Shown in pieces: positions 55,524 through 64,000 of a DNA stretch of 64,000 nt (positions within the stretch are counted from its first letter, which is position 1; the number at the start of each line of letters is the position of its first letter). The translations under genes were made by a program, and so were the position numbers. Origin of the DNA: Polyangiaceae bacterium (GTDB lineage: Bacteria > Myxococcota_A > Polyangia > Polyangiales > Polyangiaceae); contig JBGANF010000032.1 in NCBI GenBank assembly GCA_044222475.1, positions 1-64,000 on the forward strand. The letters run 5' to 3'. The notes below the pieces were generated by a model. That model ran no database searches. It worked only from the letters and a program-made list of their open reading frames with translations, and was not told where the DNA came from.

Positions 55524-56636
55524 CTACGGGCAACCCGCCGAGATGAGGTCCAGCGTCGTCCCCATGTCCGGCGCCGACTGTCCGTGGCGCCAGTACCAGA
55601 AGTAGGTCCCTTGTTGCTGCGCCGCGCAGAAGCGCTGATGCAGCTCCTGCGGGGTGAGCGCAGGCTTCGGGTTGTACTCGTTGACGAGGCAGGGCTTCCC
55701 GAAGCAAGCCGACGCAGGCAACGCCTGCGTCTGGTGAAACTCCAGGTAGTCGACCGACGGCGCGTTCATCGCCGTCGCATCGCCCGAGTTCGTGCCGAAT
55801 AGGTGCGCGGCGTAGCCATCGCGGAGCTCTTCGTCGCGGACGATCGCCTTCATCGACGTCGTCCACGCCGGGGCGTAGCCCGGGACGAGCCCGATTTCGT
55901 TCCCATCTTGGTACAAGACGTTGTCGAAGCGGCCCGTCTCCAGCACCACCTTGCGGATCCATTGGTCGTGCACCGATCCCGGCGCGACCGCAGCGCTCCC
56001 CGCGGTGGTGCAGGCGTCCGTCGCCTGCACGTTCGAGGCCTTCTCCCACGGGCTGTACCCGGGAATGTCGCCCGCGCGGCAGTGCTTCACCGCCCAGCCG
56101 TCGAGGACGTCCACCTCGACCCAGATGCGACGCGCGCGCGCGTAGGCGATCAGCGCGCGCACACGCGTCCAGAACGTGGGGTTGAACGCGGCGAGGTCGG
56201 CCTTGCCGTTCGACTCGACGTAGCCACCGCCGACGGTTGCCCAGTCGGTCTCGCCGTTGCCGCTCGTCATGAACGGGCCCACGCGCGCATGGAGGAACGT
56301 CGTGCGCTTCGCCGCGACGTAGTCCACCCACGCCTCGTCGAAGAGGGGCCAACCGAAGCCGCCGCCGCAGCAGCTGATCGCGCCGCGAAAGTCCACCGGT
56401 GAGCCGTCGCCCAGCGCGAGCCGACCCTTCTGCGCCGAGAGCAGCATCGACGCCCCGGCGTCACCGGCGTCACTCGCGCCGCAGTCGGTCTTGCACGCCG
56501 GCGCATCGACCGCGGCGTCGCACGCGCTGCCGGAGCAGGCGACGACCGGTGGATCGCTCGAGCAAGCCGTCGAGGCGATGATCACCCACGCTGCGATGGG
56601 CGCGACGGCGAGACCGATCGCGAGCCGTCGCTTCAT
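55524..56636 (-). CDS. Lipoprotein with putative clan GH-A glycoside hydrolase barrel
   Basis: STAC lipobox; FNPTFWTRV, NVLYQDGNE, GKPCLVNEY. Confidence 0.6.
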   Translation of the reverse strand: MKRRLAIGLAVAPIAAWVIIASTACSSDPPVVACSGSACDAAVDAPACKTDCGASDAGDAGASMLLSAQKGRLALGDGSPVDFRGAISCCGGGFGWPLFDEAWVDYVAAKRTTFLHARVGPFMTSGNGETDWATVGGGYVESNGKADLAAFNPTFWTRVRALIAYARARRIWVEVDVLDGWAVKHCRAGDIPGYSPWEKASNVQATDACTTAGSAAVAPGSVHDQWIRKVVLETGRFDNVLYQDGNEIGLVPGYAPAWTTSMKAIVRDEELRDGYAAHLFGTNSGDATAMNAPSVDYLEFHQTQALPASACFGKPCLVNEYNPKPALTPQELHQRFCAAQQQGTYFWYWRHGQSAPDMGTTLDLISAGCP

Positions 56637-57598
56637 GACTCCGCTTCAGCGATGCCTAGCTCGCGGCGCACTTGATCGATCGGCAGCGGCATGAGCGTCC
56701 AGTAGTCCCAACGCCCCATCACGTCCACGCGAAGTCGCCGCCCCCGGAGAAACGCAGCGAGGACGCGCGGAGGATCGAACGCGAGCTTCGTTGGCGTCAC
56801 CGCCGCAGGGCTGACCGACATTCCGAGCTGAAACGTCGCGAGGACGATCACGATGAAGGTGAACGGCTCGCCCTCGGTGAAGCCTGCGTAGAAACCGGCG
56901 AGCTCGCACTCCCCGGCAGCGTCGGTCCCGTATCCGTTCACGACGTGCATGAGGTCGTGGTGAATCATCCGCTCCGGGATGCCACCGCGCTCACCAGGGA
57001 ACGCCAGCCCCTTGCCGTTCAGGTCGTCGAAGAACGTCCGGCCGAAGCTGCCCTTCGGCAGGGCGGCGAGCGCGCGAAAGCGGGCGGCGAGCCGTTGGTC
57101 CCGGTGGAGACCGGCGACGAAGAGGGCCGCGCGAAAGAACCCGAGCGGCCCTTCCTCTTCCCATGTGCGGGCGAAGAGCCGGCGCGCATCGGGCGAGCGC
57201 CGCATCAGGCTTCGCTTCACCGCGAAGACGTTGCGTCGCCGAAGCGCAGGCAACACGTCGACCCACGGGGAGCGCACCGCGAGCGCTCTCGCGAGCGTCG
57301 AGACCTCGCGCTCGCCGGCGAGAGTCACCTCACCTTCGATCGCGGCCGCGACGATCGACACGTCGACGAGCACGCGCCGCGCTGCTGGCTCGGGGAACGC
57401 CGCGGCCACGTCGTCCGCGTTCGCCGGGTCCACCGAGCGCCAGTCGCCGAGGTCGAGCGCGGTCGCGGCCGTCGCGAGCAGGCGCTCTCCAGCCTCGCGG
57501 ACGGCGCCGTCGGCCTGGGCGACGCGCCGAAGCGCACCCAACGCGAGGTTCGCCTGGCGCGGGTCGAGCTTCCATTCGTCGACGAGGCGGATCGTCAC
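56633..57598 (-). CDS. Coq4-like protein with TerB-like N-terminal domain
   Basis: LAALPKGSFGR, HDLMHVVNGYGTDAAGE (HDxxH-x11-E); VAQADG...IEGEVT N-terminal part. Confidence 0.75.
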   Translation of the reverse strand: MTIRLVDEWKLDPRQANLALGALRRVAQADGAVREAGERLLATAATALDLGDWRSVDPANADDVAAAFPEPAARRVLVDVSIVAAAIEGEVTLAGEREVSTLARALAVRSPWVDVLPALRRRNVFAVKRSLMRRSPDARRLFARTWEEEGPLGFFRAALFVAGLHRDQRLAARFRALAALPKGSFGRTFFDDLNGKGLAFPGERGGIPERMIHHDLMHVVNGYGTDAAGECELAGFYAGFTEGEPFTFIVIVLATFQLGMSVSPAAVTPTKLAFDPPRVLAAFLRGRRLRVDVMGRWDYWTLMPLPIDQVRRELGIAEAES

Positions 57599-57840
57599 GG
57601 CCGGCCAAACTCTACCACGCCACTCGGCGACGGCGACCGGCGCACGGGCGCTGCGCTCAGCCGAAGACTTCAGGCCGTGTCGATAGTATGTTCGCGGACA
57701 TGGACGCGTTGGAGGCCTCGATCGACGCGCTCGAGCAAGGTACGTGGGTGCGGGACGCGAAAGCGCAGACGGTCTACCCAGCCGGGCAGCCTCCGTGCGC
57801 GGGGCACGCAGCGGCGCGGTTCGCCGGCGTGTACTAGGAG

Positions 57841-58999
57841 GTGGCCGTCCGTACCGCCTTCGCCGCCGTCTTTGGCGCTCTGCTCGCGAGCTGCAAAGAG
57901 CGCCCCGTCGACCGTCGAAGCCCACGCCAAGTTCTCCGCCGTGCCCGACGACGAGGGAGTGTTCTTCAGCGTCGACGGCCCGAAGGACGCGACGTACGTC
58001 ATGCCCCACGCCACGTTCACTGCCGACTCCACCGGGCACGGATCGATCGGCGTGGCGGCCGCGAACCTCCCGCCAAAGAGCCCGATGGACGTGGTCGTTC
58101 GATGGAACGACGGCGCTCCGCACGAGCAGAAGCTCTCGGTCGACTACACCTTCGCGCCGGCGGCGCCGCGCGTCGCGTTCGTCGCCAAGCCGGACTCGGG
58201 CGGTCTCGGTGGGCTCGGCCCCGCGCTCGAGGTGCCGTGCGGCGGCGCGTGCGCCGGATCCGCCACCTTCGTCGACGGCAGGGCAACGGTCGACGTCGAC
58301 GCGCGCGGGGCGACCGGGTGCCTGGTCCGCGTCGGCAGCGAGTCGCATCGGTTCGCCGAAGTCCCAGTTTGGGACGATCGTGGCACCATTCATCGATCGC
58401 CGGTACGAATGGCGGTCGACGTCACCGACGTCGTCATGAAAGCCCGCCTCCCCGACGCGCTGACCAAGGACGTCTCGACGAAGGGCACCCTCGAGTGCCC
58501 CGACCGCGCAACCGTCGAGCTGGCGCTGACGTTCGGCGTCGGCGCGGCGATCACCGCGCTTCGTGGTCACTACCACGTGATCCCGAGTGGCTCGGAGTGG
58601 TCGGCGAGCAGTCGCCGGCGGAACGCCATCGTCCTGCACGGGGCGCAGTTCCTCGACGAGCTCGATCTCTCGACCGAGCTCGTTCGGTACTACGGAAAGG
58701 CCACCACCGGCGACGACGTCGACCTCGTCGGCAAGATCTTGGAGTATCCGCACACGACGGAGAACGCCTGCGCCGCGTCCGGTGCCCGCATCGACGTCGA
58801 GCGCCGCGACTTCGGCATCGAGATCCATGACGCGGCCGGCAAGCTGATCGCGAAGACGACCGTCGTCGCGGCTGCCCCGGATTGCGCCCGCCTCGTGACC
58901 GAACCGAAGAAGCCCGATCCCGAGGGGGTCGACCATCGCGTCGTCCGGCCGAAGGCCGCGGCGATCGATGCGTTCGTCAAGTCGGTCCTTCGCCCGTGA
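57841..58999 (+). CDS. Hypothetical lipoprotein with a 1-bp frameshift at 57895-57897
   Basis: GTG-AVRTAFAAVFGALLASC lies in one frame and the body (KSAPSTVEAHAKFS...VKSVLRP) in another; removing one A from TGCAAAG joins them. Confidence 0.7.
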
Positions 59000-59078
59000 A
59001 GTCCTCACGGCGCGCCTCCGTCGTCTCGCTTCGAGAGCCCGTCGGAACTTATGCCGTGGCGTCGCTGTCGGAGGATTC

Positions 59079-60113
59079 GTGCGGCGTGTAGGTCTCGCGT
59101 TCCTGTTCGTTTCCAGTCTCGCTGGCTGCGCTCACGTCGCCCCGGTCGAGGCGGTCGTCAGCCTTCCGCCTCCCGTCGCCGCCGTCGCCACCCCGTCTTC
59201 GTCGAGCCACTGCACGATCCACGGCGACGGCGAGCTCGCCGGCGAAGACGCCGGCGTCGACTTCGATCTGTTTCGCGGGCCGGCGAGCGCGACCCCGGCG
59301 CTTCGCATCACCATGACCAGCATGGTCGCCGTCACGTGGAGCGAGATTCCCGCCGCGCGGAGCCGCGCGCGCGCCCGCGTCGAGATCGGCGGCCAGAAGC
59401 TGATCCGCGCGCACGCCTACGCCGATCTCGTCGGCCGCGGGTTCCAGCTCCGTCGGCGCGGCTACCAGGTGACCGATCACGTGTGGATCGACGGGGGCGT
59501 CATGGTCGAGCTCCTCGGGGCCGAGAACGATCGCCTACTCGTGCGGCGACGAAGCGGGCTGGACGAGCCGATCTTCTTCGAGGCGCGCGTCCCATGCGGG
59601 GACGTCGCATACGAGCCCGAGCCGCTCGAGGTGCCGCCCGAAGCCGAGGTCGCGACCAGCGACCGCGTGCACGCTCCCGGACGCGTGCTCCACCTCTCCA
59701 CCGGCCCTGGCATCGCGTCGTTCCTCACGGTGACCGCCAGCGAGAGGCAAGGGTTCGACGTCGTCGAGCGTCGCTCGGGCAGCGTGCGGATTCTGTTCGG
59801 CGGCGACGGCGTCGGCTTCGACGCGTGGGTCCCGGCGAACGAGGTCGACGTCCAGCGGTACGGCTACGGGAGCAGCGGCGGGTCGAGCTCGTGCGGCGGC
59901 TCGGGGGCCCGGTCGCGCCAGGTCACGGTGAAGACCGAGTCTGCGGTCCTCCTCGGGCCGAAGCACGAGCTGCTCGACGACGCCGTCTTCGAGGTCGGTG
60001 CGCTGATGGAGATCACGGACGAGACGGACGACCTCTATCAGGTGCAGTTCCCCGAGCACGAGATCGACGCTCCCGACGGCATGTGGATCAGCAAACGCGC
60101 GGTCGAGAACTGA
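59079..60113 (+). CDS. Hypothetical lipoprotein (SH3b-like repeats possible)
   Basis: GGAGGA RBS, GTG, RRVGLAFLFVSSLAGC lipobox. Confidence 0.75.
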   Translation: MRRVGLAFLFVSSLAGCAHVAPVEAVVSLPPPVAAVATPSSSSHCTIHGDGELAGEDAGVDFDLFRGPASATPALRITMTSMVAVTWSEIPAARSRARARVEIGGQKLIRAHAYADLVGRGFQLRRRGYQVTDHVWIDGGVMVELLGAENDRLLVRRRSGLDEPIFFEARVPCGDVAYEPEPLEVPPEAEVATSDRVHAPGRVLHLSTGPGIASFLTVTASERQGFDVVERRSGSVRILFGGDGVGFDAWVPANEVDVQRYGYGSSGGSSSCGGSGARSRQVTVKTESAVLLGPKHELLDDAVFEVGALMEITDETDDLYQVQFPEHEIDAPDGMWISKRAVEN

Positions 60114-60498
60114 GGGACTCAATCCGCGAAGCCGCGGAGATGAACTCCGCGCGCGTCGACGTCGACCACCGCGAGCGCTCCCGAGACGAACGCGAGGAGC
60201 CGATCACTCGCTGGCGGCGCATCGGCGCGCCACCACTCGACGCTCCGCTGTCCCCCGCGACGAGGTCGGCGATGGTGACCCCAATCGCCGAAGCGACGCG
60301 ATCCAACACGGCGAGCGACGGGACGACGAGCCCACGCTCGAGCTCGGAGACGTAGCCACGCCCGAGACGAGTCTCCTCGACGAACGCATCGAAGGTGAAA
60401 CCTGCCTCGAGGCGCAGAGTACGGATGCGACGGCCCACTGTCTTCGCAATGGGATCCGGCGTCCTACGGTGGCCGGCACTCTTTCGCCTCGCGCCCAC
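60088..60498 (-). CDS. XRE-family HTH regulator whose C-terminus runs into duplicated imuB DNA
   Basis: VGRRIRTLRLEAG...YVSELERGLVVPSLAVLDRVASAIGV. Confidence 0.8.
   Translation of the reverse strand: MGARRKSAGHRRTPDPIAKTVGRRIRTLRLEAGFTFDAFVEETRLGRGYVSELERGLVVPSLAVLDRVASAIGVTIADLVAGDSGASSGGAPMRRQRVIGSSRSSRERSRWSTSTRAEFISAASRIESLSSRPRVC
60119..60245. repeat. 127-bp direct repeat copy of the imuB 3' end (other copy 60978-61104)
   Basis: Direct comparison: 124 of 127 bases identical. Confidence 0.97.
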
Positions 60499-60531
60499 GG
60501 TGCAACGTTAACGGGGAAGCCCTCATCGAGG

Positions 60532-60609
60532 GTTCGAGTACGCGAACAGTCTACGATGAACGCTTGACCGCGTCGAAGGGTGGTGGTGGGGTTGTTCGAA
60601 ATTTCGAAC
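60532..60609. promoter_or_regulatory. Two GTTCG-N6-CGAAC palindromes (candidate operators)
   Basis: gttcgagtacgcgaac at 60532-60547 and perfect gttcgaaatttcgaac at 60594-60609, between divergent genes. Confidence 0.55.
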
Positions 60610-60615
60610 CTCACC

Positions 60616-61002
60616 ATGACCTCTCCGTCCCCTTCGAAACGGCTCCTTTTCGTCGACGACGATCCGCTCGTGCGCCGATCGCTGGGGATTCTGCTGCGTC
60701 AGCTCGGCTGGGACGTCGTCGAGGTGGAGGACCCGCGCGAGGCGCTGACGGCCATCGCCCAGGGCCCGGCGTTCGACGTGCTGCTCACCGATCAACAGAT
60801 GCCGCACCTGCGCGGGACGGAGCTCGCAATCGCCGTGCGCGACCTGGCTCCCGAGATTTGGATCGTGCTCTGCTCAGGGACGCTGATGCTTCCCGCCGAG
60901 GAGCTCGCGGTCCATGGCATCGACGCGATGGTGACCAAACCCATGAGCCAGGCATCGCTGGTGAAGGCGCTCGACGGTCAATCCGCGAAGCCGCGGAGAT
61001 GA
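60616..61002 (+). CDS. Single-domain response regulator receiver
   Basis: LLFVDDD, LLTDQQMP, CSG, TKP. Confidence 0.88.
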   Translation: MTSPSPSKRLLFVDDDPLVRRSLGILLRQLGWDVVEVEDPREALTAIAQGPAFDVLLTDQQMPHLRGTELAIAVRDLAPEIWIVLCSGTLMLPAEELAVHGIDAMVTKPMSQASLVKALDGQSAKPRR

Positions 61003-62507
61003 ACTCCGCGCGCGTCGACGTCGACCACCGCGAGCGCTCCCGAGACGAACGCGAGGAGTCGATCACTCGCCGGCGGTGCATCGGCGCGCCACCACTCGAC
61101 GCTCTCGGTACGAAGAAGATGCACGAGCGGCGTGGCCTCCGGGCTGGGCTCGGGCTCCGCGAGCCAGCGTAGCGGCTCCTGCGCGGCGGTGAGAAACCGC
61201 CGAGTCGCCTCGCTCTTGCGGTTGGGCTTGGTCGAGAACGGCACGAGCCGCGATCGCTCCTCGGCTCGCCACCGCGCGACCGGGACGAGCTTCCCGACCG
61301 CATCTTCTCCGAGGAGGGCGCCCAGCTCGGCGACGAGCGGCCCGAGGGTCGTCTCGGCGCGGGTCTCGGCGCGGAACAGCGAGCGCTCCTTCTCGTCGCG
61401 GGAGACGACGTCCGGTACCAAAAGGGTAACGGAGAGCACCGGCGCAGCGAACGGATCGATGCGCTCGAGGCGCGCCCGGAGCACGGTGAAGAGATCGTCG
61501 CTCCGATGGATCGGCAAGGGGAGGGGAAGGCTCACCGTCACCTGTCGCGCCGCGCCGGTCGGGAGGAGCGCGTGATCGAGGCCGAAGGTCACGTCGAGCG
61601 AGGCCGCGCTCCGCACCCGCGCCGCGAGCCGCGAGGCGACCCGGACGACGAGGGTGCGCAGGACGAAGAGCAGCGGCTCGAAGCTCTCGGCGCCGTACTC
61701 GAGCTCGATGCGCTCGGAGATCGTCTCCTTCGGCTCGAAGCGAACGAGCGGCGTCGCGTCGTGACCGTCGAGGAGGGCGAAGACGCGCCGCGCCGCCGGC
61801 CCGAGCCGCGCGGCGAGCGAGCTCCGCGGGAGCTTCACCAGCTCGCCGAGGGTGCGGACCCCGAGGCGAACGAGGAACGACGTCGTCGCTTCGTCCAGCC
61901 GAAGCGCGGCGACGCTGAGGGACGCCGTCGCCGAGCGCTCCTCGCCCGGAGCGACGATCAGCGGCGTCGCTCGCGCGACGAATCGAGCGAGCGCCCACGC
62001 GCGCTCCGGGCCATCGGCGATCGCGATCGTCGCTTCGTGGCCGAGCCTCTGCAGGCACTCGGCGATGCTCGCGGCGAGCGCGGTCTCTCCGGGGATCCCC
62101 TCGGGATCGTCGGGCGAAGGCGGGTGGAGGTGCGCGCACCCGGTGACGTCGATCAGGATCGTGTCGCGCTCACGGAGGATCGCGGTCGTCGCTCCGAAGG
62201 CGAGCATGATCTCGGCGAGCGACTCGAGCGTGCCTTGCGCGTCGCGCTCGTGCACGACGCGCACCGCGAGCTCGGCGAGCTTGGCGCGCGCCTGCGCGAC
62301 GGTGTGACCGGGCCGGATCCCTTCGCGTTGCGCGCGCGCGTCGACCTCGTCGAGGCGGGTGTTGCCGAGGATCGAGCGCTCGTCGGCGATGGCGTCGTCG
62401 CTTCGCGCGACGACGACGGCGAGCGGCGCGTGCTCCAGCGCGGCGTCGCGTTGGCGCGCGATGCCGAGCCGAAGCGAAGAGAGCGCTATCGCGACGACGC
62501 GGCGCAT
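60978..62507 (-). CDS. imuB: Y-family polymerase-like ImuB
   Basis: GIRPGHTVAQARA, LIDVTGCAHL, LGVRTLGELVKLPRSSLAARLG, EWW near the C-terminus. Confidence 0.9.
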   Translation of the reverse strand: MRRVVAIALSSLRLGIARQRDAALEHAPLAVVVARSDDAIADERSILGNTRLDEVDARAQREGIRPGHTVAQARAKLAELAVRVVHERDAQGTLESLAEIMLAFGATTAILRERDTILIDVTGCAHLHPPSPDDPEGIPGETALAASIAECLQRLGHEATIAIADGPERAWALARFVARATPLIVAPGEERSATASLSVAALRLDEATTSFLVRLGVRTLGELVKLPRSSLAARLGPAARRVFALLDGHDATPLVRFEPKETISERIELEYGAESFEPLLFVLRTLVVRVASRLAARVRSAASLDVTFGLDHALLPTGAARQVTVSLPLPLPIHRSDDLFTVLRARLERIDPFAAPVLSVTLLVPDVVSRDEKERSLFRAETRAETTLGPLVAELGALLGEDAVGKLVPVARWRAEERSRLVPFSTKPNRKSEATRRFLTAAQEPLRWLAEPEPSPEATPLVHLLRTESVEWWRADAPPASDRLLAFVSGALAVVDVDARGVHLRGFAD

Positions 62508-63220
62508 GAACGTACCCGAGCGGGCACCGCGACGGTGATCTTTGCAGTCTGCACGCGTCCTCGACGCTCCTTGGGGATGCTCAGCGAGATGCCTTCGCGG
62601 ACGCGCGTGACGTCGAGCCGCATCGCCACCGGCCACGGCGTCGTTCGCGGGGGCATGCGCGCGGGCTCGGTGAGGAGGACCACCGTCGCCCCGCTCGACT
62701 CGGCGGCGAGCGCGAGCTTGCGCACGACGAGCTCGGGGGCTTCGCGCGCACGCCGTGCGTCATGAGCCATGTCCACGACGACGATCGCGAACGCGCCGGA
62801 CGCGACGACCTTGATCGCGACGCGACCGAGCACGCTCGAGGACACCGGCGGCGGCGGCCGAACCACCAGCAGCCGATGAACGTCGACCCCGGCCTGCACG
62901 AGGCCGGGCGCGTGGAGCGTTCGGTCGGGATCGATCCACGCCGCGAGCGTGCGATCGTCGCTACCGAGCGCGCGAGCGATGGCCGCGGTCGCGATCGACG
63001 TCGCGCCGGCGTAGGCGCGAGCGCGCGTCTGCGGCGACGCGCACGCCATCTCGACGATGCCGTAGGGCAGACCGCCATCGGGCAGGATCGCGTCGAGCTC
63101 GGCCCAGCCGGTGGGGCGGGCGAGCGCTTCGGGCTGCGTCGTGACGTCGTCGTCGGTGCCGATGCGGACGTGGGCGCGGGCGAGCGCGGCGGACAGGTCT
63201 CGAAGGGCTGCGAGGGTCAT
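62486..63220 (-). CDS. imuA: RecA-like ImuA
   Basis: PTGWAELDAILPDGGLPYG, AWIDP, GVDVHRLLVVRP, RKLALAAE; degenerate P-loop. Confidence 0.88.
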   Translation of the reverse strand: MTLAALRDLSAALARAHVRIGTDDDVTTQPEALARPTGWAELDAILPDGGLPYGIVEMACASPQTRARAYAGATSIATAAIARALGSDDRTLAAWIDPDRTLHAPGLVQAGVDVHRLLVVRPPPPVSSSVLGRVAIKVVASGAFAIVVVDMAHDARRAREAPELVVRKLALAAESSGATVVLLTEPARMPPRTTPWPVAMRLDVTRVREGISLSIPKERRGRVQTAKITVAVPARVRSCAASSR

Positions 63221-63224
63221 GGGA

Positions 63225-63240
63225 CTGAACAAAGTATCAG
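63225..63240 (-). promoter_or_regulatory. Putative Myxococcus-type LexA box
   Basis: Minus strand CTGATACTTTGTTCAG, 4 bp before the imuA ATG; fits the CTR...GTTCAG spacing of the M. xanthus box with internal mismatches. Confidence 0.7.
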
Positions 63241-63292
63241 TGGTACGACTCGGGTGCAACGGCCTCCCATGCGCGCTAGAGACTCACTCGAA

Positions 63293-64000
63293 ATGAGCGA
63301 AGCGCGCCTCGACCGACTCGAGAAGATTTTCGCGGACATGGGCTCGGCCCTGGTCTGCTACTCGGGCGGCGTCGACAGCGCGCTGGTGCTCCTCGTTGCC
63401 CATCGCGTCCTGGGCGACCGAGCGATCGGCATGACGGCGGTGAGCCCCAGCCTCGCCCCTTACGAGAAGGAAGCCGCGATCGCGGTCGCACGCCAGATCG
63501 GGGCGCGTCACGAGCTCGTCGAGTCGCACGAGATCGACGACCCGAGCTATCAGGCGAACAACGCCGACCGCTGCTTCTACTGCAAGAGCGAGCTCTACGG
63601 GATCGCCGCCAAGAAGCGCGTCGAGTGGGGCATGGCTCACGTCGTCAACGGCGTGAACAAGGACGACCTCGGCGACCACCGCCCCGGCCTCGAAGCCGCG
63701 AAGAGCTCCGACGTGCGCAGCCCCCTCGTCGAAGCCGAGCTCCACAAGCACGACGTCCGCGAGATCGCCGGCGCGCTCGGGCTCACCGTCTGGGACAAGC
63801 CCGCATCCGCGTGCCTCTCCAGCCGGATCCCGTTCGGCACCAAGGTCACGGTCGAGCGGCTCGCGCAGATCGGCGGCCTCGAGGCCGAGCTGCGGCGCCT
63901 CGGCCTCCGCCAGCTGCGCGTTCGGTGGCACGAGGTCGGCGGGAGCGGCGGCACCCGCGCGGCCGCGCTCGCCCGCGTCGAGGTCGACGGCCCCGAGCTG
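63293..64000 (+). CDS. larE: ATP-dependent sacrificial sulfur transferase LarE (partial, runs off the window)
   Basis: MSEARLDRLEKIF...CYSGGVDS, RCFYCK, DDLGDHRPG, WDKPASACLSSRIPFG; absent from the ORF track because it has no stop in the window. Confidence 0.92.
   Translation, partial: MSEARLDRLEKIFADMGSALVCYSGGVDSALVLLVAHRVLGDRAIGMTAVSPSLAPYEKEAAIAVARQIGARHELVESHEIDDPSYQANNADRCFYCKSELYGIAAKKRVEWGMAHVVNGVNKDDLGDHRPGLEAAKSSDVRSPLVEAELHKHDVREIAGALGLTVWDKPASACLSSRIPFGTKVTVERLAQIGGLEAELRRLGLRQLRVRWHEVGGSGGTRAAALARVEVDGPEL

Noticed and set aside
57688..57837. 49-aa ORF MFADMDALEASIDALEQG...
   Set aside because: Coding-like bias, but too short and without a recognisable family; may be a remnant.
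60088..60260. Programmed XRE-ImuB tail fusion through the G5 run
   Set aside because: It needs an extra base with no supporting evidence; truncation by the duplication is the simpler explanation.
52867..61104. Diversity-generating retroelement (Avd-like gene plus a 127-bp repeat pair as TR/VR)
   Set aside because: No reverse transcriptase in the window; the mismatches run in both directions, are all synonymous, and the target is imuB.

Overview
High-GC window that looks myxobacterial (Polyangiaceae/Labilithrix-like), judged from MYXO-CTERM motifs, TIGR04552 and DUF507 genes and a Myxococcus-type SOS box. It is mostly core chromosome: a HlyC/CorC protein, an M19 dipeptidase, a DUF507-yicC-gmk-mtnP-pfkB operon, two tandem TolC genes, a partial complex I operon (nuoABCD-G-H-I), a 1793-aa kinase-TPR protein, sulfatase-gloB, a TPR-dynamin-lptA-lptB cluster, imuAB and the start of larE. 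An accessory stretch lies at about 52.5-61 kb. Main unusual signals: (1) a coupled ThiF/MoeB gene pair in which one gene has the active adenylation site but no arginine-finger helix and the other has only that helix on a degenerate fold, as in eukaryotic heterodimeric E1; (2) two ORFs in which an internal MYXO-CTERM tag is followed by a second signal peptide, suggesting polyproteins, one carrying BPI/LBP-like domains; (3) a 127-bp duplication of the imuB 3' end, with only synonymous changes, bracketing an HTH/receiver cassette; (4) three single-base homopolymer frameshifts that may be sequencing errors. No rRNA, tRNA or CRISPR array was recognised. All family calls come from motif recognition by eye, not database searches.
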